Shown: one piece after another, positions 12,139-25,575 of the stretch
Numbering within the stretch: position 1 is the stretch's first letter
How the letters are laid out: the number at the start of each line of letters is the position of its first letter
Assembly (NCBI RefSeq): GCF_006345805.1
Contig: NC_042997.1
Location: 153,078,001 to 153,142,000 of the forward strand
Origin: Octopus sinensis
Lineage: Eukaryota
Direction of reading: 5' to 3'
Length of the DNA stretch: 64,000 bases
Translations under genes and position numbers: made by a program
The notes under the pieces: model-generated
What the model was told of the DNA's origin: nothing
Seen by the model: the letters and a program-made list of their open reading frames with translations, nothing else
The model's database searches: none

Positions 12139-14909
12139 TCAATATAGGGAGGCAAAAAAATTTTGTAGAATTCTTTTGCCCCCAGCGGCCTAGTGGGAAA
12201 AAATTAAATAGTCATAAACCATTTTTAAGTTCAATATCACAATCAAGGAACGGCCATAATAGGCCATTCACCCACTAGAAATAACAGCCAAAAAGCTTCA
12301 ACCGCAAAATAACATTAATTCCGTAAACCAGGAGAAAATTAAAAAACATTACCCTGAAATTCCTTATACGATGCACCGTTTCTTCTACTGTTTAATGGTA
12401 AACTAACCTGATTAAATTAAATCAAGCCAATCTACCATAGGCCCTTAGATTCATCAGTAAGGAATAGCCAAATCGGAACAGATATTTTTCACGAGGCATT
12501 CTCGTCCATGCCTCGCCAATATCTGACCTAAAATTTTCAAATCGTCGCACTCGCGCCAAATTTATCGGCAGCAAATAAATATAAGCCGCCGATTCCATTA
12601 CGGAACCAACCAGAAAATTCATAATTAATCAATATAGGGAGGCAAAAAAATTTTGTAGAATTCTTTTGCCCCCAGCGGCCTAGTGGGAAAAAATTAAATA
12701 GTCATAAACCATTTTTAAGTTCAATATCACAATCAAGGAACGGCCATAATAGGCCATTCACCCACTAGAAATAACAGCCAAAAAGCTTCAACCGCAAAAT
12801 AACATTAATTCCGTAAACCAGGAGAAAATTAAAAAACATTTACCCTGAAATTCCTTATACGATGCACCGTTTCTTCTACTGTTTAATGGTAAACTAACCT
12901 GATTAAATTAAATCAAGCCAATCTACCATAGGCCCTTAGATTCATCAGTAAGGAATAGCCAAATCGGAACAGATATTTTTCACGAGGCATTCTCGTCCAT
13001 GCCTCGCCAATATCTGACCTAAAATTTTCAAATCGTCGCACTCGCGCCAAATTTATCGGCAGCAAATAAATATAAGCCGCCGATTCCATTACGGAACCAA
13101 CCAGAAAATTCATAATTAATCAATATAGGGAGGCAAAAAAATTTTGTAGAATTCTTTTGCCCCCAGCGGCCTAGTGGGAAAAAATTAAATAGTCATAAAC
13201 CATTTTTAAGTTCAATATCACAATCAAGGAACGGCCATAATAGGCCATTCACCCACTAGAAATAACAGCCAAAAAGCTTCAACCGCAAAATAACATTAAT
13301 TCCGTAAACCAGGAGAAAATTAAAAAACATTTACCCTGAAATTCCTTATACGATGCACCGTTTCTTCTACTGTTTAATGGTAAACTAACCTGATTAAATT
13401 AAATCAAGCCAATCTACCATAGGCCCTTAGATTCATCAGTAAGGAATAGCCAAATCGGAACAGATATTTTTCACGAGGCATTCTCGTCCATGCCTCGCCA
13501 ATATCTGACCTAAAATTTTCAAATCGTCGCACTCGCGCCAAATTATGAATTTTCTGGTTGGTTCCGTAATGGAATCGGCGGCTTATATTTATTTGCTGCC
13601 GATAAATTTGGCGCGAGTGCGACGATTTGAAAATTTTAGGTCAGATATTGGCGAGGCATGGACGAGAATGCCTCGTGAAAAATATCTGTTCCGATTTGGC
13701 TATTCCTTACTGATGAATCTAAGGGCCTATGGTAGATTGGCTTGATTTAATTTAATCAGGTTAGTTTACCATTAAACAGTAGAAGAAACGGTGCATCGTA
13801 TAAGGAATTTCAGGGTAAATGTTTTTTAATTTTCTCCTGGTTTACGGAATTAATGTTATTTTGCGGTTGAAGCTTTTTGGCTGTTATTTCTAGTGGGTGA
13901 ATGGCCTATTATGGCCGTTCCTTGATTGTGATATTGAACTTAAAAATGGTTTATGACTATTTAATTTTTTCCCACTAGGCCGCTGGGGGCAAAAGAATTC
14001 TACAAAATTTTTTTGCCTCCCTATATTGATTAATTATGAATTTTCTGGTTGGTTCCGTAATGGAATCGGCGGCTTATATTTATTTGCTGCCGATAAATTT
14101 GGCGCGAGTGCGACGATTTGAAAATTTTAGGTCAGATATTGGCGAGGCATGGACGAGAATGCCTCGTGAAAAATATCTGTTCCGATTTGGCTATTCCTTA
14201 CTGATGAATCTAAGGGCCTATGGTAGATTGGCTTGATTTAATTTAATCAGGTTAGTTTACCATTAAACAGTAGAAGAAACGGTGCATCGTATAAGGAATT
14301 TCAGGGTAAATGTTTTTTAATTTTCTCCTGGTTTACGGAATTAATGTTATTTTGCGGTTGAAGCTTTTTGGCTGTTATTTCTAGTGGGTGAATGGCCTAT
14401 TATGGCCGTTCCTTGATTGTGATATTGAACTTAAAAATGGTTTATGACTATTTAATTTTTTCCCACTAGGCCGCTGGGGGCAAAAGAATTCTACAAAATT
14501 TTTTTGCCTCCCTATATTGATTAATTATGAATTTTCTGGTTGGTTCCGTAATGGAATCGGCGGCTTATATTTATTTGCTGCCGATAAATTTGGCGCGAGT
14601 GCGACGATTTGAAAATTTTAGGTCAGATATTGGCGAGGCATGGACGAGAATGCCTCGTGAAAAATATCTGTTCCGATTTGGCTATTCCTTACTGATGAAT
14701 CTAAGGGCCTATGGTAGATTGGCTTGATTTAATTTAATCAGGTTAGTTTACCATTAAACAGTAGAAGAAACGGTGCATCGTATAAGGAATTTCAGGGTAA
14801 ATGTTTTTTAATTTTCTCCTGGTTTACGGAATTAATGTTATTTTGCGGTTGAAGCTTTTTGGCTGTTATTTCTAGTGGGTGAATGGCCTATTATGGCCGT
14901 TCCTTGATT

Positions 14910-14957
<48 letters not shown>

Positions 14958-15124
14958 TACGACAGGCTTCTTTCAGTTTCCGTCTACCAAATCCACTCAC
15001 AAAGCATTGGTCGGCCTGGGGCTATAGCAGAAGACACTTGTCCAAGATGCCACGCAGTGGAACTGAACCCGGAACCATGTGGTTGTTTAGCAAGCTGCTT
15101 ACCACACAGCCACTCCTGCGCCTA
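11879..15124 (-). mobile_element. Young SINE-A split in its (TA)n by a 2.8-kb insert
   Basis: 3' half at 11879-12130 and 5' half at 14917-15124 are collinear with the intact copy at 33430-33830. Confidence 0.85.
12131..14916. repeat. Fold-back tandem array of a 491-bp unit
   Basis: Forward units 12131-12620, 12621-13111 and 13112-13544 (partial); reverse units 13547-14037, 14038-14528 and 14529-14916 (partial); the only difference I saw between copies is one T indel. Confidence 0.95.
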
Positions 15125-15691
15125 TATAAAAGTAAGGTCAACCTCAACAGAATTTGAACTCAGAATGTAAAGATGGATGAAATGCCGCTTACCATTTTAC
15201 CCAGCATTCTAACGATTCTGCTGGCTCACCAGCAGAATTAAAGAAGCCCGTTGTACATTATATATATATATATATACAAACATATGTTATCTTCGATGAT
15301 TTTTTTGGTAAGCGGTGTCGATTTTACAATTCTGTAAATAATAATAATATTTAAGATCATAAGCGATCACCATGCATTGACTAAGGTAGTAAATGTCATA
15401 TCAATGGGGTCAAAAACTATAAATGCAGGTTTATATTACCTGTATAAATCCATAAGCGTAAGTGAAAAGAATAGTTTCCTGCACTTATTTTAACAAAAGT
15501 TAAACTGGACACTGAAATTGTCGCCACGAAGAATTGTTACAAAGAACGAGGGCTAAAATTTTTACCAACTCCGAAAGGCTTAAAAGCAACGTTGACGTCG
15601 GTGGTATTTGAAACCAGCATATAAAGCACTAGAAGAAATACTGGATGACATTTTCTCCGATACTACGTGATCACCGCCTTTACAACCGCTA

Positions 15692-15745
<54 letters not shown>

Positions 15746-15766
15746 TAATAATAATAATAATAATAA
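15692..15766. repeat. (AAT)n microsatellite, 5' flank of R4/Dong-like copy
   Basis: Direct observation. Confidence 0.95.
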
Positions 15767-16210
15767 AACACACGGATAGAGAAATTAAGGCCAACAGACC
15801 AGATATAGTTGTCAGAGATCATGAAGAAAAAAAATGCTTTCTAATTGATGTATCAATACCGGCAGATGACAACGTGTCTCTAAAAGAAATGGAGAAACTC
15901 TCAAAATACAAAGACCTGGAAATAGAGGTAACTAGAATGTGGAATCTGAAAACAGAAACAATTCCTATCATAGTAGGTGCATTAGGCATGATAAAAAAAT
16001 ATTCAGACAAATACATAACAAAAACACCAGGACTTACAAACACATATAACATACAGAAAATTGCACTACTAGGCACTGCACACATCCTACGCAGAACACT
16101 TTCCATACAATAACCATCGGAGCATCACAACAAATCACAGCACATACCCAAGGCACACAGAGCTGCGCTCGGTAGTGAAGTGAAAGCACGCTATAAAAAT
16201 AAAACTACTG
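15767..16210 (+). mobile_element. 5'-truncated R4/Dong-like non-LTR retrotransposon (RLE domain and 3' UTR)
   Basis: Open frame to 16113: RPDIVVRD...CFLIDVSIPADDN...KEMEKLSKYKDL...IPIIVGALG...QKIALLGTAHILRR, a PD-(D/E)xK restriction-like endonuclease; (AAT)n on both sides. Confidence 0.85.
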
Positions 16211-16253
16211 AATAATAATAATAATAATAGTAATAATAATAATAATAGTAATA

Positions 16254-16320
<67 letters not shown>

Positions 16321-16759
16321 CAACAACAACAAACTTTACAATATTGGCACCAAGCCCAGAATTTAATGGGAGGAAAGTGTCAATTAAAATGACATGACTT
16401 GTAGAACATTTTATCGAGCCAGAAAGGATGAAAGGCAAAGTAGATTCTTGGCGGGATTTATTCTTATAAGATAAACAGATGTAACAAAATATTTCTAATC
16501 AACGGTTCTGTAACTGACAAATACTAGGCCCCACCTTAAATATGAAGGAATTTTTTAAACCACGGTTTTCATTAAAGAGAAGATAAAATGCTTTTATCAA
16601 TAAAATTCTTCTTTCTTTGTCAAGGAGATAGGTTTTTAAAAGCTGGAAGTACAATAAACTTTAATTTAATACAATTCAGACGAAATTAAAATACTTCCAT
16701 AAATAATAATAATAAGAACAACAAAAACAACAGCAACAATAACAACAATATCAATTTCC

Positions 16760-18193
16760 ACAGGAAAGGAACAGTGAGAGCTTGCTCGATGGGAGACTTA
16801 TAGATGGTCTGGAAGAAGACAATAAAACGAATGGTGACATGACAGATGGGCAAAAGGCAATGCTACAGAAGAAGGATAACGACATTATTTGCTACCTTAA
16901 AAATGTTGATCGGTGGAAATTGAACGAAGAAGCGAAAAATGTGAGTGAAATTCTGAAATACATCAGAACAAAAAACATCACAGAAATAAAAAAAAATTGA
17001 TAATGTAGCAAGTATTTTTACAGCAGAAAATGTGGGTATTGATGTCAAGAAAAAGAAATATAATGGGAGTGAAAAGATCCATGGTGGAAAAGAAGAATAC
17101 AGGCGTTAAATATGCTCTAGAAAGACATTTCTGTGTTAGACCGGAAAGAGTAGAGCAAGCTTAAAAGCGAGCAAAAATACAGGGCACTGAACAGGAAGTA
17201 TGATATTAAAAGAAAGGGCCTGAAAGTTGTAATGGAAGAACTAAAATAGCGTTTCGTTGCAAAGAAAGCAAAGATGATAAGATACGACCAAAGATTGAAG
17301 GGATACCAGCAGAATAGTTTATTCATAGTAGATCAGAATAGATTCTACAAAGAAATAAATGGAGAGTGTACAGGTGTTAAGGTGATACCAGATAATATTG
17401 AAAGCCAAAATTTTTGGAGTGATATCTAGAGCAAAGACAAGGAGCACAATAAATGCTGAATGGTTACAAGAACTGAAACAAATAGTAGTCTGTCTAAAAT
17501 AGGCAGAACTATTTATTTCAGTCACAGAAGAGAAGGAAATCAGCAAAATATGAGCAACTGGAAGACCCCGGGACCAGATAGAGTTCAAGGCTATTGGATC
17601 AAAAAATTTTGTGAATGTTATGCACGAATAGCTACACAACTCAATACCTTGTTAAATGCTGACCAAGTAACACAAGAGTTGTTGACAATGGGTAGGACAA
17701 TGTTGTGCTTGAAAAACGTCCAAAATTTTTAAAAAAGCAATACGGTAGACAATTACAAGCCGATATCCCCGTTTCCTACTTATGTGGAAATTATTGACTA
17801 GAAAAGTCGCAGAGTTAATGTACAGACGAATGGAGTCCTACCTCTTGTGCAAAAAGGTTGCAAGCGTAAGTGCAGAGGTACCAATGATCAACTTCTGGTA
17901 AACAATACTGTACATAGAGACTGCAAGAGGAGGAAAACTAACTTATCCATGACATGGAGCGATTATCGTAAGGCGTACGATATGCTCCCACATTCAGTGA
18001 GTAAAAATCTTGAGAAGTACATGGAAAAAATAGGGGCTGCAATAAAGGGCGGAGCACTTGCAGAAAACAGTACCGTTTGGAACCACTTGAATACTCCGGA
18101 TGGTGCTCGAAAAATAAGGGATGTTTCCTTAATTCACTGGTTGTGAACAACTGACAATGTAGTACATCTCCAGCGTTAGAAGCTGTGCAAAAA
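16760..18193 (+). pseudogene. Degenerate R4/Dong-like RT remnant with internal deletion
   Basis: Broken frames give NWKTPGPDRVQGYWIKKF, QKGCKRKCRGTNDQLL and WSDYRKAYDMLPHS, then jump at ~17997 to the C-terminal LQKTVPFGTT*ILRMVLEK*; 3' UTR runs into (AAT)n at 18194-18283. Confidence 0.8.
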
Positions 18194-18194
18194 C

Positions 18195-18230
<36 letters not shown>

Positions 18231-18246
18231 TAATAATAATAATAAT

Positions 18247-18283
<37 letters not shown>

Positions 18284-18286
<3 letters not shown>

Positions 18287-18440
18287 GAAGTAAAGATAAC
18301 AGATCTTGCAATACCAGGCGACTCGAGAGTGAAATGTAAAGAAACAGAAAAGATTGAGAAATACCAACCCCTGCGGGATGAAACAGGTAAATTATGGGGG
18401 TTGAGGAAAGTAATGGTGATACTTGTGGGAAACCGAGTCA
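18284..18440 (+). pseudogene. R4/Dong-like RLE fragment
   Basis: TDLAIPGDSRVKCKETEKIEKYQPLRDETGKLWGLRKVMVILVG. Confidence 0.7.
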
Positions 18441-18469
18441 TTAATTATATCCACTTAGTATCAATACTT

Positions 18470-19040
18470 AAGAACGAATTTTATAAAGACAAAGATTGAG
18501 GAAACTCAGTCAGAGAGCAAATACTCACTGTGTGAAAAATGTAACGAAAGTGTCAACTATTTCTTAAGTGAATGCAGTAAGTTAGACACAGATATAACTC
18601 TGTCTGTTTAAAGCGTGCATTGGAATCTTAGCCGAGTGTGTGATTCAAAGTGACAGAAAATTTATATGAACGCGAGCCAATATTCGCGATGGTGAACAAT
18701 AATTGCATGATTTTATGTGATTTCCCCACGAAGACTGACCATATTATTAAAGTAAGAAGATCGGTTATGAATGTAGAAAACAAGAAAATGGGCTCAATAT
18801 AAGATCATAGACTTTGCAATACCGTGTGATAATTGAGTGGATATCAAGGAAATTGAAAAACAGAAATACTAGAATGAAGGCAGAGAGACGAAGAGATTGT
18901 GGAAAACGGTGACAATTGTTCTAGTGGTATTTTATGATACCCAAACTGCTACCTAAGACTATAAAGTATATTGGCATTGAGACACCCACTGTGGACCGGC
19001 AAAAGAGCACTATCCTGTATTCTGCAACTATCCTTATGAA
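18470..19040 (+). pseudogene. Highly degenerate R4/Dong-like zinc-knuckle and RLE remnant
   Basis: LCEKCNESVNYFLSECSKL, VHWNL and IIDFAIPCDN motifs with stops and frameshifts. Confidence 0.6.
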
Positions 19041-19430
19041 AAATAATTTAAAATATTATAACTGTGTCATTTGATTTGACTTCCTTGACTGTATGCATAG
19101 AAATCAAAATATTGCACTTGAAGTGTCGGTAGAGCTGTATGATTAAGAGAGCAAAAGCATCTCATTGCAGAAGTGTCTTCTATCATAACCATGAGTGAAT
19201 GAATAATTTGTAAGCGAAATTTGAGAGTCCTCTGTTCAAATTGTAGTTTACGAGGACGATGAGATAAATTTTAGGTAAATTGTTGGGGTCGATTTATTCA
19301 ACAAGATTCTTAAAGGCCCTTGCATACCGGCAATCCAATGATTGAAAAGAAAATAAATACTGCCAAGTACTTTGTCAGGTCTTTCACCGATTGTCTTATC
19401 CAGCGACCTTATATTTATATATCATACACA

Positions 19431-19593
19431 GGCATAGGAGTAGCTGTGTGGTAAGTAGCTTGCTTACCAACCACATGGTTCCGGGCTCAGTCCCACTGCG
19501 TGGCACCTTCAGCAAGTATCTTCTACTATAGCTTTGGGCCGACCAAACCCTTGTGAGTGGATTTGGTTGACGGAATGGAAGAAGCCCGTCGTA

Positions 19594-19634
<41 letters not shown>

Positions 19635-19852
19635 ATGTATATGTTTGTGTATCTGTATTTGTCCCCCCAAAATCACTTGACATCTGATGCTGGTGTGTTT
19701 ACGTCCCCGTAACTTAGCGGTTCGGCAAACGAGACCGATAGAATAAGTACTAGGCTTACAAAGAATAAGTCCTGGGGACGATTGGCTCGACTAAAGGCGG
19801 TGCTCCAGCATGACCACAGTCACATGACTGCAACAAGTAAAAGAGTAAAAGT
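19431..19852 (+). mobile_element. SINE-A, full length
   Basis: Matches family head, internal (TA)n and AAGTAAAAGAGTAAAAG tail. Confidence 0.85.
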
Positions 19853-20621
19853 AGAGAGAATGCACACATGATGATCATAACGTTTCATTGTGTCAGTTTT
19901 AATTTAAATTTGTATGATATTGATATATTCCAGAAGCATAGATTTCTATATGTATAACGATGTTTCAATTACATTCATAATTGTTTATGTTAGAATGAAA
20001 GCTGCGTATTGATTAAGCCTGATACTATAATTTCTCACACATTTTTAGTTTCTGCAAAATTTAGTTAGCCCGTAACTCGCAGCAGTCACTAGAAAACGTC
20101 ACTTGCAATATAACGTTCAATAAATCAAATTATGATTTATTTGTCAACAAACACTAAATTAATTATTATATTTTTTACAAACGTGTTCATTTAGATATCA
20201 GAATCTCTACATTTTCGCATCATGTGGAATATGCTTTTACGAGTTTTAAGACCTTAATGCATACATTTTACTCCAGCTGAGTTTTCCGGGTTCGATTTTG
20301 TTAGAGAGGTGTGTAGAACACTTTTGAATTCATATTCTGAATTCTCTACATGTTACACCTACATTTTACCGCAACACCTACCCTAAACTTGATAGACTGA
20401 ATTAAACTTCCCATTAAAGCCAGTTTTTTAAAGTTTCAGCGTGTCTCATTTGCACGTTGAATTGCAGTATTTACCTGTTTTAAGAGTCTTTGAATCAATA
20501 TTTAAGAAGTAGCTCACTAATATTGTATTATAATATACCTCTTACCTGCTTTATGTCTGATGTTACTGCATAAAACAACAGCTCCATACTCGCTATAAAT
20601 CTGGTTAATATTTGCATGATA

Positions 20622-21128
20622 TCTATATATATAAAACTGTAGTTGTGTGAGTGTCTGTCCCCTTCGATTTAGATTCCTAACTACTCCCACATTTTGCGGT
20701 GCAGTTTAACCAAATTCGGGTATCTTATAGTCGTGATTCATATCGAGCCCGTCTGCGTATTAGCGCGCGTCTACGATGAGTCTACGATTTTAAAAATAAT
20801 TTAACATAATTTTTTATTCCTTTTTAATGCATATTTTTCGTGTGTCGATGGCGGCGGGGTTGGCGTCCACGCTCACACCTGTGTTGCTTCTCCCCCTTCT
20901 TCCCTCCCTCGTGAAGCTGTGGGGAAGGGAGTGTAAGGAAATCAATGTCGTAAAGCGTTGTCAAGGAGACCAGCGTTCTTTTAGAACAACGACTTCATGG
21001 CTTGAAGACACCAAAACAGAAATGGCTAAGAAAGCCCGAATTGGCATCTATAAGGGAAGTAACTCTGTAAAAATGCTTATATAGTTATTTCCCTTACAAA
21101 CCCGAGCAGCGCCGGGCGATACTGCTAG
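20622..21128 (+). mobile_element. Non-autonomous Helitron (507 bp)
   Basis: Begins TCTATATATATAAA after A; GC hairpin CCCGAGCAGCGCCGGG at 21101-21116; ends CTAG before T; no TSD. Confidence 0.85.
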
Positions 21129-21754
21129 TTCAATATAACTTATTCCTCGATGGAATACTTTGGTGGTACTGTAACGACACATGCAGGTGTCCTTGACCGC
21201 AACATCTACATACAGATATTTTCTGATCGTTCGTCATTCGTCTCTGTCTGCCGTCACTCACAGTCTTTGTTCAATCACTAACTACTACTACTAATACTTC
21301 TACTACAATGCCCACACCTTTAAACAGTCTCAAACTCCGGAAATTTCCTCTCTACTCTGCCGTTAACCAGAAAGATCAATCACTTCAATCTCATCAGCTA
21401 TAGATATGGGCCTTCGTTCCACTCTAAAACATACGAAACGAAATAAACACATTAGATACTACTAAAGTCACAGAATTATCAGTTGGAATCTCTTATTTGA
21501 TAAATATAACGGAAATGAGGTTAGCTTAGATTAAGCAAGAACTAACTCTACAACCTCTTAAATATACATAACAAATATGACAAATCATTTTTGTGTACCT
21601 ATCTTCATAAGAATGTATAGAAGTATCTCTTCCCACTTAATCTCTTGTTCTCTCATTCTCTCTCTTTCTCTGTATCTCCGTATCTCTGTATCTCTACATA
21701 CATACATACATCCATACATCTCTCTCTCTCTCTCTCTAAAACACACACACACAC

Positions 21755-21852
<98 letters not shown>

Positions 21853-21972
21853 GGCTACCGAATAATTGTCACATTATATTTACAGTAAATTCCTCTATTC
21901 ACATAATATCGACGTCTATTTCATTCTTGCCATTTCTATCAATATATATATATATATATAATTGTGTGTGTC

Positions 21973-22032
<60 letters not shown>

Positions 22033-22429
22033 GAACGTAATTTTGAGTCAGTTGAATTAGATACTTAAATTGAGGCACCTTATTAGGACGAACTTATTTG
22101 CACATTCACACAATATTAGGTGAATTTTTTTCCACCCGAGATTCATGCACTGCATGCAGGTGGGACGATCCAACTTAGTGAATAAATCCGCTATTGCTTG
22201 TTCAGACATGTACTTGATATAAAACTACTTTCAAAATACTTCCGAAGTGCAGATTCCAGGGTAGGTAAGTAAAATATGAATAAGTAACAAATATGTGAAA
22301 CTGTCATATCAGATGTGTAAGTATGTATGTATGTATGTATGTATGTATGTATGTATGTATGTATGTATGTATGTATGTATGTGTGTGTGTTTGTGTGTGT
22401 GTGATCGTGTATGTGTAAGTTAGGAGGTG

Positions 22430-22600
22430 TGTGTGCTTGTGTAGAGGCATGGTTCTGTGGTACGAAACTTGCTTCTTTTCCAACCACATGGTTCCGGATT
22501 CAGTCACACTGCGTGGCACCTTGGGTAGGTACCTTCTGCTGTAGCCTCGGGCCAAGCAATGTTTTGTGAATGGATTTGTTAGACGCAAGCCGAAAGAAAT
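22430..22600 (+). mobile_element. SINE-A head fragment
   Basis: CCAACCACATGGTTCCGGATTCAGTCACACTGCGTGGCACC. Confidence 0.65.
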
Positions 22601-22780
22601 CCAAGGAGAGGGTAAGTCGGTTACATCGCGCTCAGCACTCAACTGGTACTTATTTTATTGACCCCGAAAGAATGAAATGCAAAGTCGACCGCGGTGGAAT
22701 TTTGAACTTAGAACATGAAGACGGACAGAATGCCGCCAAGTAATTTTTCCAGACGAGCTGACGATTCTGCTAACACGTCG
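22600..22780 (-). mobile_element. SINE-B, diverged
   Basis: CCCCGAAAGAATGAAATGCAAAGTCGACC. Confidence 0.6.
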
Positions 22781-22796
22781 CGATTATAAAATATAT

Positions 22797-23100
22797 AGGC
22801 GCAGGAGTGGCTGTGTGGTTAGCTGCTTTCTTTTCCAACCACACGGTTCCAGGTTCAGTCCCACTGCGTGACACCTTGGGAGAGTGTCTTCTACTATAGC
22901 CTCTAGAGTGGATTTCAAAGACGGAAACTGACAGAAGCTCGCCGTATGTGTGTGTGTGTGTGTGCCTATGTTCGCGCCCCCCCCCCCAACTTCGCTTGAC
23001 AACCGATGCTGGTGTATTTACGTCCCCGTAAATTTGTGGTTCGGCAAAAAATATCCATAGAATAAGTACTAGGCTTACACAGGATAAGACCTGGGGTCGA
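22797..23100 (+). mobile_element. SINE-A with internal deletion, 3' truncated
   Basis: GGCGCAGGAGTGGCTGTGTGG head through CTGGGGTCGA. Confidence 0.7.
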
Positions 23101-23574
23101 AATAAAAAAAAACAAATGTCTCTAGGTATCGATTTTATTTTCTTACTTATTTATTGTATTTTGCCATTACTAAAGTTTCCATAGTTATGCATCTTATTTA
23201 TATTTTGAAATCTATTCAAAATTATTGTCCTGTGGACAAAATCTTTTCTGAAATACAGTGTGGGATTTGTATGGGGGTGTTTTCATTTTAGTGTTATTAT
23301 GTTATATCCTATGATTTTGCAGTTAGGTGGAATACCTACGCTCTCGTCTATGAATTTTTGTTCATTACTTATTCATCCATATTCATAAGCCGGAATGCCC
23401 TTAAAGTATAAGGTGTGTGGTTTGTGTTTCTAGTACTGGTTGCTTTGATCTTGTATTGTTCTATGACCTGGTCAACTAATCTATTAGTATTTCAATTATT
23501 AACTATATCTTGTTCTACGCATAAGATTTCTTTATATTAAGCTTCTCAAAGTGGCATTTTATATATGTTGCACA

Positions 23575-23762
23575 TGACCAGCAATTTTGGGAGAAGGTGT
23601 AAGTCAATTACATCGGCCCCAGTTGGTACTTATGTTATCGACCCCGAAAGGATGAAACGCAAAGTAGATCTCGGTGGAATTTGAACTCAAAATGTGAAGA
23701 CAGACGAAATGCCGCTAAGCGCTTTCCCTGGGGTGCTAACGATTCTACCAGATCGCCGCCTT
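23575..23762 (-). mobile_element. SINE-B, diverged
   Basis: Family body and head on the minus strand. Confidence 0.65.
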
Positions 23763-25410
23763 GATATCTTATATATATTTGCACTCGTTTGAGTATTTCT
23801 CTGTAAACTGAAGTGCTACGTATGTTTTCCCTTATTTCTACTTCGTCTATAGAATGAAATAACATAATTCTCTGAATATATCATAGAGCTAAGTTGGATA
23901 GCAAAGAGCTATCGTGAAAATCTTTAAGTTTACTTCTGTAACTGTAACAATAAATATGTCATCAATAAAGCTGGTGGTTATGTTTACGAACTACTTTGTT
24001 CTCCAAGTTATCAATGTAGTATCTACCGAATGTAGGTCCGAGCTGGGATTCATGGCCACACAGCCTTCTCAGCGCAGAGATTAATTTGTGAACAACGGAA
24101 GAGCGATTCAGTTATAAAGGACAACAAAAATATTTTCAGATTATTTCTGTTACAGAAGGCGGTTTCCAGGTTATGTTTATAGTTTCCGTTAGTGAAATAA
24201 CTATGATGAAAAAACATGGTGGAAATTTTGCCAACTTTTCAGATAGCAGAAAAATTTCTGGGCCTTCAAAAAGTGATACATATTGTAGCTCTCGTCGGAA
24301 TAGTTCTTTATGATCTTGTCTAGTCTTTTGGCGATTCTTTGCGTAGCTCTAGTGATTTATGAGATTATGATTCAGAGTAGATTATTTTATTCGTGCGCCT
24401 TAACAATACCATGAATGTATGTAGAATTAGATTTCCCATGTGCTGGAGAGAAAAGATTATATTTAAACCCTAGTAAGTAATCAACATATTCGATTTTATT
24501 TATTTATTAATTTGCGGGTTTATTTATATATTTATTTGTGAGCAGCGATGTATTTCTTAATATTCTTGAATTTGTTACTTTTGTGAAGTGTGTTATTTAG
24601 TTCACCTTTCTCGATAATACCGAAAGTGCTGCCCTTATCACTTTTACAAATTACAATACTTTTATTATCTGACAGTTGTTCTGGTGGTAGCATGATATGC
24701 TAAAGTACGTTTGTGCAGCTCTTTGTTGTCTTCATACTTGAATAGGTTTCGCATTTTGTCGTTTATTTTCAAAGTATTTTTATTACTAAGACTCTTAAGG
24801 GACTCGTAGAGTAATTGAAGTTTGGCGTGTGAACGTTGTCTGTATATCATCAATGGCCAAGAAAATATTATTAAGCAAACGTTCTAAATTCATTATGTTT
24901 TCCATCAATTGTTAAACTGGGAAATTACTGTTAGCAATATTTTCTGCGCCTGTTTCTGCGTTACGGTGTCAATGTAACGATTAATCACCTTTTTTTTCAA
25001 AATACTAACATACGCTGTGATGTTTTCAAATCAAAAATGAAAAAGCAGGCACATACGCGTACAATAAGAAACAAAATTTACCAGAACTTAACCCTAGTAA
25101 AAAATTTTTAATCGAACGTGGATGCTTTTCTCAGCTTTAGCAATATTCCCACGACTCTTGTGGCAGAGATGAAAAATGAATAACAGACGTGAGAATGCGG
25201 ATTATAAAGGTTGTTTACTTACAGAAAAGTGGCCGCAAAAAGGGAAGCTGCAGGGAAGTTGAGAATTTCTGTATATAAAGGTGCCAAGACTATGACTACC
25301 AAAGTGCAGGAGAATTTATAATTTAGTTTGTGCATGCATGTGTGGTATGTATGTATGTATGTATGTATGTATGTATGTATGTATGTATGTATGTGCCTAT
25401 AAGTATGTAT

Positions 25411-25520
25411 GTCATTGTTCAGTTTTATTTCAAGATTTCTGGCAAATAGAGAAAGAGCAGGTTTCTGACCTAGATTCAAGGCCACTTCCTTGGAATTTCA
25501 ACATCAACAACAGATTATTC
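25411..25520 (-). mobile_element. Short module flanked by (TATG)n, probable 3' end of the adjacent RLE element
   Basis: Related copy at 45054-45143 in the same position relative to the RLE fragment; minus strand ends AAATAAAACTGAACAATGAC then (ATAC)n. Confidence 0.55.
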
Positions 25521-25575
25521 ATGTATGTATGTATGTATGTTTGTATGTATGTATGTATGTATGTATGTATGTATA

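Noticed and set aside
12422-14727. Five identical 66-aa ORFs (MNFLVGSVMESAAY...)
   Set aside because: They are a by-product of the 491-bp repeat. The unit length is not a multiple of 3, and the peptide has no recognisable motif or coding evidence.
15545-15600. RGLKFLPTPK, resembling the PLE KGL.F.PTP motif
   Set aside because: Ten residues with no supporting flanking motifs.
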